Shown here piece after piece: positions 51,463-64,000 of a stretch of 64,000 bases of DNA. Under the pieces are notes generated by a model. It was given only the letters and a program-made list of their open reading frames with translations. It ran no database searches and had not been told where the DNA came from. Each line of letters begins with the position of its first letter. Positions within the stretch are counted from its first letter, which is position 1. Source of the stretch: Schmidtea polychroa (taxonomy: Eukaryota); NCBI GenBank assembly GCA_044892525.1, contig CM097886.1, positions 33,294,001-33,358,000 of the forward strand, read 5' to 3'. A program made the translations under genes and the position numbers.

Positions 51463-53053
51463 AAAGTGAAGCTCCAAAATCAGATGATCATCTAAATACT
51501 CCAAATCCCGAGAGGCAAGTCAAGGAAATTAATAAAAATGAAGCATCTCGACTTTCTCCGTGGCTCAGTAAAAAACTAAATAACAAGTAAAAATTAAATA
51601 TATTTTTGTTGATTTTAAAAAATATTATTTGCGATAAAAGAAAAATTCATTGAATAAGAAGACATAGAAAATTAGAAACATCAAAATCCAAAAATTCATA
51701 ATTTATATTTCCATGTTTCATTCAGTCCCATTCTTGATTTTACTTTTGAAATCACTTATTGCTTATAATAAAAACATTTTTAATATTAATTTGAGAATTT
51801 ATCACCAGAATTAAAAATTTAATTCTCAAGTGTTTTTTATTCCATAAAGTTTGAAGATATTTATCAGTATTTCAGTACAAAATTATATGTTAAGATATAA
51901 TGAATAATTAATTTNNNNNNNNNNNNNNNNNNNNNNNNNNNNNNNNNNNNNNNNNNNNNNNNNNNNNNNNNNNNNNNNNNNNNNNNNNNNNNNNNNNNNN
52001 NNNNNNNNNNNNNNNNNNNNNNNNNNNNNNNNNNNNNNNNNNNNNNNNNNNNNNNNNNNNNNNTTGTAGTGTACCAGAATTGCAGAACATTAAATATAAA
52101 TCCGTTGCAACGGATACTTTGGAATTAAAGCGTAGGCAAGATGAAGAAATAAGATTAATGAATGAAAGAATAGATGACTTGGAATGTCAATCCAAAGTCA
52201 ATTTTTATAGTTTGATTAAATATTATTAGCGAAATTCTTTAGATCAAAGATAGAGAAATTGAAACACTTAAATGGATAGAAAATGAAATGCAAAGACGAC
52301 TTCAAACAACTGGCGATCATCTTACTTTAAAACAAAAAGTATGAGAAATTTTGTTAATTTTTCTTTTAATAATTTAGTAAATTATACAAATATTATGAAA
52401 TAGTGTAAATGACAATGCTTACGTGACTATTGTCATTTAACTTTGTCTTTTTTGGACTTCTTCCATTTTATACATTGGAAAATATCGATTTATTTATATT
52501 TATTATTTATTTTCAGGCAAAAGAAATTGAAAGGAAATTGGAAATGCAGGAAAAGCTCAATGAAGACCTGTCAAATGATGTAAATTGTTTTAAAAATTAT
52601 TAATCAAAATATAAAAAATATAATAATATAAAATTCTAAAAAAAAGTATTTATCAAATAAAATAGAATTGGTGGAACTTACCTAAATTTAAAACTTTTAA
52701 ATTAGATTATGATTTATATTAATTCTAATTTTATTGAAAGAATCTTAGGCTGTACGACGAGTTAAGTGGAAAAGATCGAAAAATATTGGAACTTCAATCA
52801 GAAGTAAATAATCTCGATAAAATAATTGCAAATAAAGTAAATGTTATTAACAAAATATTTTTTAAAATAAAAAAATTATTTTTTGATTAAGGAATTTATT
52901 TGTGAAAGTGAATTTAGTCAACAGATGATAAGTAAAGTTGACGAAATACAAAAGGAACTCATGGAAAAAGAAATTAAATTAAAAGAAAACGAACAAAATA
53001 TAAATGAATTACTCAGAGAAATCGAAAGGAAAAACGTCGAACTTAATATTAAA
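51463..53053 (+). CDS. Coiled-coil gene, exon cluster: 51463-51586, 52070-52196, 52243-52338, 52517-52579, 52741-52836, 52892-53053
   Basis: All GT-AG with compatible phases and no stops when joined (ESEAPKSDDH...; VPELQNIKY...; IKDREIETLK...; AKEIERKLE...; NLRLYDELSG...; EFICESEFSQ...); heptad-rich E/K/Q/L composition. Confidence 0.8.
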
Positions 53054-54473
53054 GTGAGAATTAGTTCCAGTTTTAATATTTTTGCAAAATATTGATTTTT
53101 CTTTTAAATATCATGACAGAAAAGGAATTCGGTTCGGAAAAGAATAGTATTGACGTAACAAATATTAAATTTCAAATAATTAGATTTTAAAATTTAAATA
53201 TTAGAGTTAAAAATAGTATTTACTTTATTATTAAATTTTAATTTTTGTTAAACTCTGATACAATTTTAATTAATTTTTAAAATTAAGTTTCGATATATTG
53301 TTTTAATGAAAGGATTTACAAAATGTTAAGTTTATTGTTTAATTTATGTAATATTCTACTTCATAAATTTTAATGATCAATGAAGAAAAGATGAACTTGG
53401 AGTGTCATTTTCGATATTAAAATAATTTAGCTTTTGTTTTAAATGAAATTTAAAGTTGTTAAACTTAAAATAAAAGACCAATAAAGAATGAAACATTGAA
53501 GAGTAGATTTAAAATATAGAATTGTGAAAATTTATATAAAAATATTATTAGTATGCAATATTGNNNNNNNNNNNNNNNNNNNNNNNNNNNNNNNNNNNNN
53601 NNNNNNNNNNNNNNNNNNNNNNNNNNNNNNNNNNNNNNNNNNNNNNNNNNNNNNNNNNNNNNNNNNNNNNNNNNNNNNNNNNNNNNNNNNNNNNAAATAA
53701 CATATAAAAATAATTTGAAATAATTAACGGATAGAAATGAGCATAATCTTTGTTTATTTATATTTAAAAATGTTATTTTTTAATCATAATAATGGAATTA
53801 AATAACAAACTGTATATTGTTCTATTCTGTAAATTGTTCATTTTAATGTGTTTACGGCGCTAAATATAAACAACAAATTGAAAAAGCATACAATAAGATA
53901 CAAGTTGAAATAAATTTTGAATTATTTAATGAACAAAAATAAGAATTTTACTAATTCTAAACATTTATCTCATTTTGATGTACATATCCAATAGCAGCTA
54001 AAAATCTAAAAATTAATTCGTTCAGTACTTGGAATAATGCAAATCATTTTCTTCATGTACAAAACAATATTTTTACTTGATATTTTTAGAGATATCGAAT
54101 GGAAATTTCAATTAGCCGGTTAATGCTACCCTATTTTACGAATAAATAATAAATTTACGTATAACGTTTTTTCAAAAATAAAACTTGAGTAAATAAAATG
54201 TTTGATAATTTTTATTTAATCTATACAAATTCTTTTGTTTTAATTTTATTCATATACCATTTCATTTTAATTGAAGTAAAATGTATTTTTTATTTTCATT
54301 TGCAAATAAATTTCAATGGAAAAATTTAGAATCTCAAAAGGCGAAATGAAAAATTTGAACCTTTAATTATTCTTTTATCTTACTAGGATACTTGAAAACC
54401 ATTCAATACTTATATAACTAAGAATTTTATTTTCAGGAAAGAGAAATTATATAGTTAATATTATTCATTTTAG

Positions 54474-54659
54474 ACAATAAAACTGGAAGAAGCAACGGAT
54501 GAAGCAGGTCGACAAGAATATGATTACATTGCTCAAGAAAGAAACCGATATACTCTAATGGAGTCTTTGAAATCAAAAGAACGAGAAAATGAAATCTTAT
54601 CGCAACAGCTGAGGAAAGTGAACGAATTAGAAAAGAAATGGAAAACCTTAGAAGACGAA
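54474..54659 (+). CDS. Coiled-coil gene exon (TIKLEEATDE...KWKTLEDE)
   Basis: ttttag| ... |gtatat, 186 nt, phase 0-0. Confidence 0.8.
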
Positions 54660-55251
54660 GTATATATCTTTCATAATTTCAGTTATTTAAATGGGGTTAA
54701 TAAAATAAATCAATAATATACTTACCTAACACCTGAGTACCAAAACGAAGGAGTGTGCTGAAGGTCCTTTTTGTCTGTACGACTGTTTGAATTATTAAAT
54801 ATTCCAGGATATTATAATTATTGGTAATCCTGAAATAATTTAAATATTGGGACGAACTGAGTGATCAGTTGTTATCGTCGTATCTTTCATACTTTTTTGC
54901 TATAGTATAAATGTGTTTTGTTTTAATTCATCATTTTAAATAAATAATTGGGTCTGATATTAAAATATGTTTTTATTTAATTAACTTTTGCTGAGATTAT
55001 TTTTTTTAATTATTTAATTAGTTTCATGTATTTATACTTTTTTTATAGAAGACTAATTATTAATATTATTAATATTATAATATTATTATTATTGTTATTA
55101 ATGTTATAATATTATTAATATATTAATATATTATATTATTATTATTATATTATTATTATATTTAAGGAACACATGATACAGTCTTTAGATAAAGCACAAA
55201 CAATCAAAAGGTGTATTAAATCAACAAAATTTTAATCAAAGGTTCATTTAG

Positions 55252-55482
55252 TCTCTTAAGTGGCTATGATGGATATATAAGTCATCAACTAAATTGACAA
55301 AATATGTTAAAAATATATCATAAATATTACTTTTGTTAACATATTATCTTAATAAATATTATCCAATAAGATATTATTTTATTTTTTTAACAATATGCCC
55401 AAGACGTATATATACGCTAGCGGATAACAAAACTCGCCGCTGAGGAGCGCATTTCGTTTGACGAAATAAACCACTTAAGTGG
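55252..55482 (-). mobile_element. piggyBac-type MITE, family A copy 2 (inverted relative to 16173-16414)
   Basis: Reverse-complement near-identity including cgctcctcagcggcgagttttgttatccgctagcg. Right flank TTAA; left flank TTAG. Confidence 0.9.
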
Positions 55483-56096
55483 TTAATAACAGTATTTTTT
55501 CAGATGATGTGAATCGTTATTGAAATATAATTTTGGATCATTTAATTTATTTATAACTGAGTCACCTCTCCTATAATGACCATTAATGCTAAGCTTTAAT
55601 AAGATTGCACCTAATTTCTTTTATCATCAGAATTAAATAAAGCTTTTTTAGTATTCATAACTGTAAACCGCTAGTGATTTTTGCTGGTTATTCGAAATTG
55701 GGTTATAAAATATATTTGGTTGTTTTTTTCTAATGTGCAACCAACTGAAAGTATATTCAAATCAGTTGGTTTGCAATAAAAAATACTTTTTATTTAATTC
55801 ATCCCTATTAGTAATCCAGTAATAGTTTTTATATTGTAATTTTTGGCAAAATATAAATAATTAAATAAAAGTAATTAATAATTACACAGACTTTAAAATC
55901 CTTATTTATTTAATCATCTTAAGAAAAGTAAAATATTTATCATTTACTTTTGTTGTAAGTATTAAAGAGAGGATGGGTACAAAAAAGTGCGCCAGATTGA
56001 ACATATTTAACTACTAACATGAATTAAAGAAAAAATAGATAAACATAATTAAAATATCATATATCTTTTTTGGTTTCACCTTTAATATTTTTTTTA

Positions 56097-56244
56097 ATTC
56101 AATAATTTCATATTAATATTTGTAAGACTATAGATCAAAATGAAATATAAAGTAACTGATATTTCGGTATACTTGATAAAGGCTGTACATTATATATCAT
56201 TTTGATCTATAGTCTTGCAAACACTAATATGGAAATTATTGAAT
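56097..56244. repeat. Imperfect hairpin, ~55-bp arms and ~32-nt loop
   Basis: attcaataatttcatattaatatttgtaagactatagatcaaaatgaaatataa versus the reverse complement of 56190-56244. Confidence 0.85.
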
Positions 56245-57056
56245 AATTAAATTAGTGTAAAATTTCTTTATCAAAATAGCATTCAGTGCATAAAATGTCA
56301 TTTCAATAATAACAAAGTAATAAAATAAAAGTGCTATTAAATGAAATTTTATGTTATATTGCTTCCTTGTCATTTTAATAAATAAATAAATAATAAATAA
56401 ACTATGAGCGTTTGATGAGCTTTTTCGTGTATTGTTTAACTCCTTATTAAAATAAACCTATTTGAAATTTCATTACCTATTATTTTTGTCTTATTTTATA
56501 ATTTCATTTAACTTAAAATTTTTAATACTTTTTAATTAAAATATAGTGGAAATTTTTAAAATATAAGATTGACAACAATGAACAGTAAAATCCAATGATA
56601 ATTTAAAATAACAAATAAATTTATAAAATTTGCAAATCCAAATATATTTATTTTCATAAAATATTTCGTTTTTGAATGTCTAAAAATATTAAGAAAAAAT
56701 AATAATTTGGTTTATATTTTCTATACACGATTCCAATGTAAACATTTATATCAAAAATTATTTTTTTTCTAAATATAATTGGAAATTTAATACTATTTTT
56801 TTGACATTACAATTTAGGACAAAATGTTTGTTTCAAAATTATTTCAACTAAAAATTGCAATAAAAAATTTTAATTCAATAAAACCATTTCAAAATATTAA
56901 AACAATATGAAAAAATAAAAAAAAATATATTACAAAATTTAATAAATATTAAATTAAAAACATTTATTTAAGTCAAAATGTCATGAAAAAAATATATAAA
57001 TTGATTCGTTTAACTGTACTTCGTGGATATTGCTAAATCAAACTTATTCTTTAGAG

Positions 57057-57830
57057 CAGGGCTTTTAAAACTTTTTAAACAAAGGACCCTTAATTTTTAT
57101 TACGCTTAGTTTACGGATCATTTTACTAAAAAATTACTATTTTGTTTGTAAAACCTGATATATAATTAATTATTAATATTATTATAAAATTAAATTTATT
57201 ATAAAGAAATTATTATAGAACATTAACTAAATACGTTTAATAAAATAAAATTCTCTAAAGTTTAGAGAAATTTTAATATCCATAAATTATATTTTCAAAT
57301 CAAAGATAATTTTGGAGTATGTACACAAACATTTTATTTTATAATCAACACAATTCTCACTATTTTAAATTTTGCTACTTCCTCAGCCATTTTATTCTTT
57401 AATTTTTTTCATCTTTAGATTCAGGTTCAATTGGATGCGGTAATGAAAAATTTAAATTTTTTTGGGCCTTCACATTATCATTTTAACTTTTTTTACGGCT
57501 CTTTGCAAACAAATACCCCTCTTTTTCGACATTTATCTCTTTGCCTTGTCTATAACTCTCATATCATATTATCAGAGCTATGCCTTGCTTCTTTCATCAA
57601 TCCCTTTCTTTTTATAATGATTTTCCTCCAGTGATTTTTGCAATCAAATAATTGAATTAGCCAGCAAACAAAATTGTTGAAATTCAAATAATTAGCAGGT
57701 GCCCTCTTGCCTTTGTTCAAAAATCTTGTTTCGCTAATTCGAAATTTATCATCTTTATTGATTTTTGAGGGAGGACTAATTACATTGTTTAAGCTAGTAT
57801 TTCCCATGTGGTTCGGGTTTTCTGCATAGT
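57057..57830. mobile_element. Possible truncated hAT remnant with decayed minus-strand coding sequence
   Basis: hAT-like end ctttagag|cagggcttttaaaact; stop-riddled minus-strand reading 57380-57830. No second terminus found. Confidence 0.3.
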
Positions 57831-59397
57831 TATTAAATTATTTATTTATTTTTAATTCATCTGTATTTATTGATTATATTTTTCTGGGGCGATCTTATTT
57901 GATCTTATTATAAATGTGTTCGTCTAAACATTTTCCATCCGTACATACCCATTTCCTCCGAAATTACTTTTTAACTTTTTATAAGTTTTTGAATTTAATC
58001 AATTTATATATTTTGTATATTTATTGGCTATTTAAACGAACCTCAACAAATATTTCAATTTACTAGATGCACAAAATGTAAAAATAACTTTTATTTCAAT
58101 TACGTAATATATTAGGTTATTACTAGAAAATAGAAATGACAAAATTGTGAAGACGAATATTTTCAAAATTCCGAGAGTCAACATTTCACCAAAATAGGAA
58201 AAAGATGGATTTTTTTTATTAAATTTTTTAATTAAATAATAAGTTTGTTTTATATATTACTTCTTTATTATTTCTCGTGATTGCTTTATTTCCAATCATT
58301 ATTTCCCCTACAACTTTCAAAATGTGTATTGTTTATTAAAACTTTTGATTAAATATTAATTAATAAAACTATTTGAAATAGATCAGAAACGACAAGTCTT
58401 AGATGATTTAATTTATTTGCGTTGTTTTAATAAATATAAATTTTGGTAAAAAATAATAAAAAGTTATAACAAATTGAGTAATATTTGTGATATTTATAAT
58501 TTTATAATTAATTTATAATTAAAGAGAAAATGAATAAATTTCCTTTTTGGAGACTTCAACGTCTTTTTTTATTTGCTAACACTAAAAATATCTTTAAATC
58601 CGAATGAACTGTCAATTATATTGCGCTTTACTTAATCCAATAGAATGAGTTAGTGATTACATAACCTGCACTAGTTTAAGAGTTTTAGAATTTGGTTATT
58701 TTAAAATGGATTTCGTATTAACCATAATATATATGAAACTGAAAACTAGTTATGTTATGTAGGTTTCATAATAATTGAAATTCAATTTTATCATGAATAG
58801 AAAATACTTTGAAAACCAATTGTATACGCTATTTAAAATATGAAAAATGCAAACATTTAATTATTATTTTAATTATTATAATAAAGTTTCATTTTGGGAA
58901 CTGTATAAATAATTAAATGAAAAGTAATTATTAAATCATTTTAATCAAAATTTATCACCCAAAGAAAATCGACTGGCATTTTCTTAGAATTGGATGAAAT
59001 ATTAAATGGAAATTTATCAACATTTAATTCGATTTCCCAGTGCATAATTCAAATCCAAATTTCCTAAATTGCAGCATAAATGCTCAATTAAAAGTGTAAT
59101 AAGAAATAAATTTTTCATAATTGCTCTTGATGAAAATTTGATTTATTAAAAAATTAATTTAATTTTTATTTTAATTATAACATTTGGTTTAATTAAGTAA
59201 TTATTTCTTTTATTAAAAGAACAAAAATACATTTTTTAAAAATGTTTATAAATAATATTTTGTGATTGAATTATTTTTTTCCTTTATAATTTATAACTAA
59301 TTAAATTTCAGAATGATTGCACAATAATTAAATAAATTATAGTCTGTATAAGTGATCATTGGTGTAAGGAAATTCTCTGAGTAATATTATCTATTCT

Positions 59398-59860
59398 CAG
59401 TGGGTTTTTTCTGGAAAGATAGGTGCCGGAACGTATCTGTACTATCCTTTATATGCAAAAAAATGACGCTGAAATTGATTATTTTACAATGTGAATTTAC
59501 AACGCCAACGACAGGAAACGATTTTAATGACGTAGTATATTAATGTCGTATATTTACCGTGAGCGTGTTTTATATAATAATAATAAGTTATAAATTGTAA
59601 TAAGTATAATAGTAATAAGACTTATTAAATAAGTTATAAATAGTAATAAGTTATTACTAATAACACATAGAAAGCACGGAGTTATGATTCACTCGCTTTG
59701 GCGTACGACTAATAGTTTTAATTTGATTGTAATTGACTATTTGAAATGTCAGAAATAGAAATATGACAAAAACCAAAACATATGTCAATTTTTTAAAATC
59801 AGTCAGCGAAAAAAGGTGCCGGAACGCCGTTCCGGAGCGTTCTGACAGAAAAAAGCTCTG
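59398..59860. mobile_element. hAT MITE (463 bp), intronic
   Basis: TIR cagtgggttttttctg / cagaaaaaagctctg; perfect 8-bp TSD tctattct; aggtgccggaacg motif near both ends. Confidence 0.92.
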
Positions 59861-60443
59861 TCTATTCTTAAAGTATGTTAACAGTTAGTTTCTCTACTTA
59901 TAGGTTTTTAACATATTGGAAGTTTGTGAATTTGATCTAAAACTCTTATTTAATATAATATTGGTCCAAGGAGATAAAAATTTCAACGAAAATAAAAATA
60001 AAATTTTGAGTAATTTTGTAGTTGTTTTGATCAAAATAATATTCAAAAATATATTTCCTTCGTGACATTTTTATTGGTAATAATTAATAATATTTAAAGT
60101 GAATAAAAATTTCATAAAATTAATTTTAAAAGTAACTAAAAATATTTAAAAAAATATAAATCAAACTATTAATTTTAAAAAATATTTACAAAATTAGAAA
60201 AATAAAAAATAGAAAATTTATATTAAATTGTTTAAAAGTTGTAGCAAATAATAGTGATAATTTTTAAACAAAATATTGAATAATAAATTAAAATAAGAAT
60301 TAAATGTAATTTAATGAATTTCCAGTGAGAATATCTTTTAAAAATTATCAAAATTTAATATTAATCATTTTTTTTCAATTATTTATTTTAGAAATTAATA
60401 AAATTATCTAATTTAATTAATTTTGATTTTTGAAATATTTTAG

Positions 60444-61074
60444 AATTTGTTTTTAAAACAATCGTTGCATGACGTAGAAGATCAATGCAATGATCTAGAA
60501 AGGCGTCACGACACGAGGAACAATGTCGAATCAGTCGTTGATGAATTGCATGATTTGATGTTGGAGAAAAATAAACTCAACGAAGAAAATACTTATCTTT
60601 CTCAACAGCTTTCAGCAGCCGAATCAATAATTCGAGAAAAAGTTTGACTATTTGAAAATTAAAATTAAATAATGACTTCATAGACAATGGAAGAAGTGTC
60701 TCTACAGAAAGAAAATAGTCAACTGAAAACTTTCATCATTGATCTGGAAGAAGAGATTGGACTTTATCGAAAATTTGAAATGGAATCTAACGAGTTGGAC
60801 GCACAGTTGAGAGAAAGTGAAAGAGACAGAAATGCTTTAGAAAACCAAATTGTTGAAATGAAACCGCAAATTCAGAAATATCAAATCAAAAGCCAAGAAA
60901 AAGATCATCTTATTATGCAATTAGTTCAAGAACTCAAATCTCAAGCTGGTTATTTGCCGACAGACCTGAGAAAAGAAATTATCAAGGTTTTTAAAGAAAT
61001 TAATTATTTTAAACAAGAAATCTTGTTTTTAAATTCAGAATGATATAAAAGAAAATATGGATAACATTTCTTGA
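60444..61074 (+). CDS. Coiled-coil gene, last exons: 60444-60641, 60684-60986, 61039-61074 (stop TGA)
   Basis: 42-nt and 52-nt GT-AG introns, all phase 0; NLFLKQSLHDVE...; TMEEVSLQKENSQLK...KEIIK; NDIKENMDNIS*. The last intron is inferred; the unspliced frame stops at 61043. Confidence 0.8.
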
Positions 61075-62266
61075 CTTTAATCAGATTTCAGTNNNNNNNN
61101 NNNNNNNNNNNNNNNNNNNNNNNNNNNNNNNNNNNNNNNNNNNNNNNNNNNNNNNNNNNNNNNNNNNNNNNNNNNNNNNNNNNNNNNNNNNNNNNNNNNN
61201 NNNNNNNNNNNNNNNNNNNNNNNNNNNNNNNNNNNNNNNNNNNNNNNNNNNNNNNNNNNNNNNNNNNNNNNNNNNNNNNNNNNNNNNNNNNNNNNNNNNN
61301 NNNNNNNNNNNNNNNNNNNNNNNNNNNNNNNNNNNNNNNNNNNNNNNNNNNNNNNNNGTCACAAATTAGAAAAATAAATATATAATTAAACGCATTTCTG
61401 TAGACAAATTATTTTAGTCTCATCTCTATTTCAGGAAATTGATTTTTTGCAACACCATATAAAATTCAGTCAAGCATTTTCATCTGAAAATTTATTTTTT
61501 TTTATTTTATTTCAACTCAAACAAATATTGGAATCTCAATATTCTAATTTCAATTTCTTATTAAAATAAATAATATTTTTCCACTATTTCATCAATAAAT
61601 TTTAATATTTTCAAATAAATAATTTTAATATTTGTTAAATATTAATAGATTATAATTTTCAGTTATTTCAAATTCTTTTATAATTAAGACCGAAGATTAA
61701 ATATTTGAAGAATTGGTAAAAGAGAGTAGGTAGATATGACCCATATAGACCAAGCAAAGGAAATAGGGCATCATATGTCGAACAAAAGCAATAAGTCATG
61801 AAGTCGGACAATTTTATTCAAACAAAGATGCTAACGACACCAATCACAAATTGACGAAAAAGAACAAAGAAAGTTTTTCTCCCCTGTCTTTGTTCAAAAG
61901 TATTTTTTAACAAAAAATATTTCTTTCAAAACATTTATAAGTTAAGACTCAGATCCTTTGCAAATCTAGCACGATTTGTTCTAGAAAAATAATCTTTACA
62001 TTTTTAGAATTGTACATATATTTCAAGACTTGCCTGTGATCATTTCTTTTTCTTTTGAAAATTATTTCTTATAATAAAGTTGATTTTGAATTTTAAAATA
62101 TTTTTCATTTATTACTTATTAATTTATTATTATAATTAACATACTGTCTCAAAATTTTATTAATATTATTTTATTATAATAAACATAATTCAATTTAAAG
62201 TATTTATTTATTTATCAAAGAAATAAAAAACGTGAAATTAATCAATTTCCAAAAGAAAGTCTAGAG

Positions 62267-62770
62267 CAGGGGTGGGGAACCTGCAGCCTCACGGAGCTTC
62301 ATGTGCGGCCTCCGGAGCCTTATCGAAATAAATCTTAATTTATATAAAACCATGGATTGAGGATTTACAAATAAAAATACTTGTAACTACTGAACTGTAT
62401 ATATCGTACTGTACAAGCATTCCATTGAGTACAAAGAACGAAATATAAAAGTCAATCATTCACACCCATACAAATTACAAAACGTATGTAGACGAATAAA
62501 TAAGATTATTGAGCACTCATTTGTGAAATGATGACTTATTTGCATTAATTTTTCGATTCAAAAATAATAAACATTTTCCAGAATATTTCGTACAGCTGCA
62601 TTTTTCAAATCTGGAGACTGATTATAAACATTGTTTTAATTACTAACTGTATATAAACAAAAGATTTTAAATGAAATTAATTAATGTAAAAATATTTTTT
62701 GACTGCGACCGCATTTGGAGGCGACAAATTTAAATGTGGCCTATGGAAATAAAAAGGTTCCCCACCCCTG
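62267..62770 (+). mobile_element. hAT (Charlie-type) MITE, 504 bp, copy 1
   Basis: Perfect 16-bp TIR caggggtggggaacct / aggttccccacccctg; TSD gtctagag / gtttatag (6/8). Confidence 0.92.
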
Positions 62771-63500
62771 GTTTATAGCGATCAATTCGCCATATTGAAG
62801 AAAATATATTATATTGATCAACTTGGAATTGTTAGATAGTAAAATGACGGTCATTTAAAAATGATATAGTAGTCACTTAAATATGGGTACTAATTTTATT
62901 AAATGTATTTTTCAAAACATTGTAGCCATCAGATGTGAATAAGGAATTTTCTGTAGTTTCACTGGATTTACCAATTTGATTTCTTTTTGATCATTTAGGA
63001 AGTACATTTTACAACTGTGAAACATCTGTACTTGCCTTGATGATAATATTATTATTATTTATTGGTTAATCTGCATCTTTCTGCTTTTTGGTAAACATTT
63101 TCTTTGGCAAGTTATAAAACAAAAAATAAATATTATTTATTTATAAAAGCGTTTATTGTTTATCTGAAATAGAGGAAAACTGGTATTATCCCAACTCCTC
63201 TTGATCCATTGTGTAGTAATTCTGTTGGAGAATTGATTCAAAGTCTATTCCCATTGCACGCATAATTCGGAAAAGAATTATTTCTAGCGAACAGAATATT
63301 AATTCCGGTAAAGGTTTTGGATATAACTCCTCCATTTTTACCAATGAGAATTCAGATATATTAAAAATGTAAAAATTTAAGATTATTAATCAAATTTATC
63401 ATTTTGACACAATTTAGAATTAAACGGATGGGAGAATTTATAAGAAATGATATATAAAAACTTCCTAAACAAAAAGAATATTGTTATGAATAGGTTACAT

Positions 63501-64000
63501 TAGAGGTTGGGAACCTTTTTATTTCCATCGGCCACATTGGAATTTGTCGCCTCCAAATGGGGCCGCAGTCAAAAAGTATTATAACATTAATTAATTTCAT
63601 TTAAAATCTTTTGTTTATATACAGTTAGTAATTAAAACAATGTTTATAATCAGTCTCCAGATTTGAAAAATGCAGCTGTACGAAATATTTTGGAAAAGGT
63701 TTATTATTTTTGAATCGAAAATTTGATGCAAATAAGTCATCATTTCACAAATGAGTGCTCAATAATCTTATTTATTCGTCTACATACGTTTTGTATTTAT
63801 GGGTATGAATGATTGAATTTTATATTTCGTTCTTTGTACTCAATGGGATGCTTGTACAGTACGATATATACAGTTCAGTAGTTACAAGTATTTTTATTTG
63901 TAAATCATCAAAATTCATGATTTTTTATATAAATTAAGATTTATTCCGAAAAGGCTGCTGATGCCGCACATGAAGCTCCATGACACCACAGGTTCCCCAC
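63501..64000 (-). mobile_element. hAT MITE copy 2, inverted, running off the window end
   Basis: Reverse-complement homology to 62267-62770 along its length; begins tagaggttgggaacct and ends ...caggttccccac at 64000. Confidence 0.9.

Noticed and set aside
389-61385. ORF-track entries consisting mostly of X (389, 2153, 13540, 17213, 20697, 29376, 30895, 33083, 34553, 41247, 43875, 51908, 61071 and others)
   Set aside because: Artefacts of reading through N gaps.
63240-63350. KH-domain-like ILIGKNGGVI on the minus strand
   Set aside because: A single short motif with wrong downstream spacing, and the frame closes within about 38 codons.

Overview
Very AT-rich eukaryotic (animal-type) genomic scaffold with about 15 N-gaps, spliceosomal genes, and both short (42-61 nt) and multi-kb introns. 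A free-living flatworm would fit (AT content, intron sizes, MATH-only TRAF), but the taxon cannot be established from the sequence. Three host genes can be reconstructed by hand: a tandem-PDZ syntenin-like gene (+, ~26977/27262-39947), a TRAF-type MATH-domain ORF (-, 44180-44668) and a ~13-exon coiled-coil gene (+, ~46969-61074). The rest is transposon debris: hAT elements and MITEs with TIRs and 8-bp TSDs, piggyBac MITEs (TTAA), Tc1/mariner MITEs (TA), mariner and Tigger/pogo pseudogenes, a Polinton/Maverick pPolB remnant and a possible Penelope fragment. The most striking structure is at 6039-9122: a foldback-type element with long modular inverted repeats that encloses a decayed, intron-free, internally deleted 5' fragment of the host polyadenylation factor CstF-77 (Pack-TIR-like gene capture), with a younger hAT element inserted in one arm. 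Fold-back and snap-back structures recur across the window (23.5, 32.4, 35-36.6 and 56.1 kb). No rRNA, tRNA or CRISPR features were seen. All alignments were done by eye, so boundaries marked approximate may be off by several bases.
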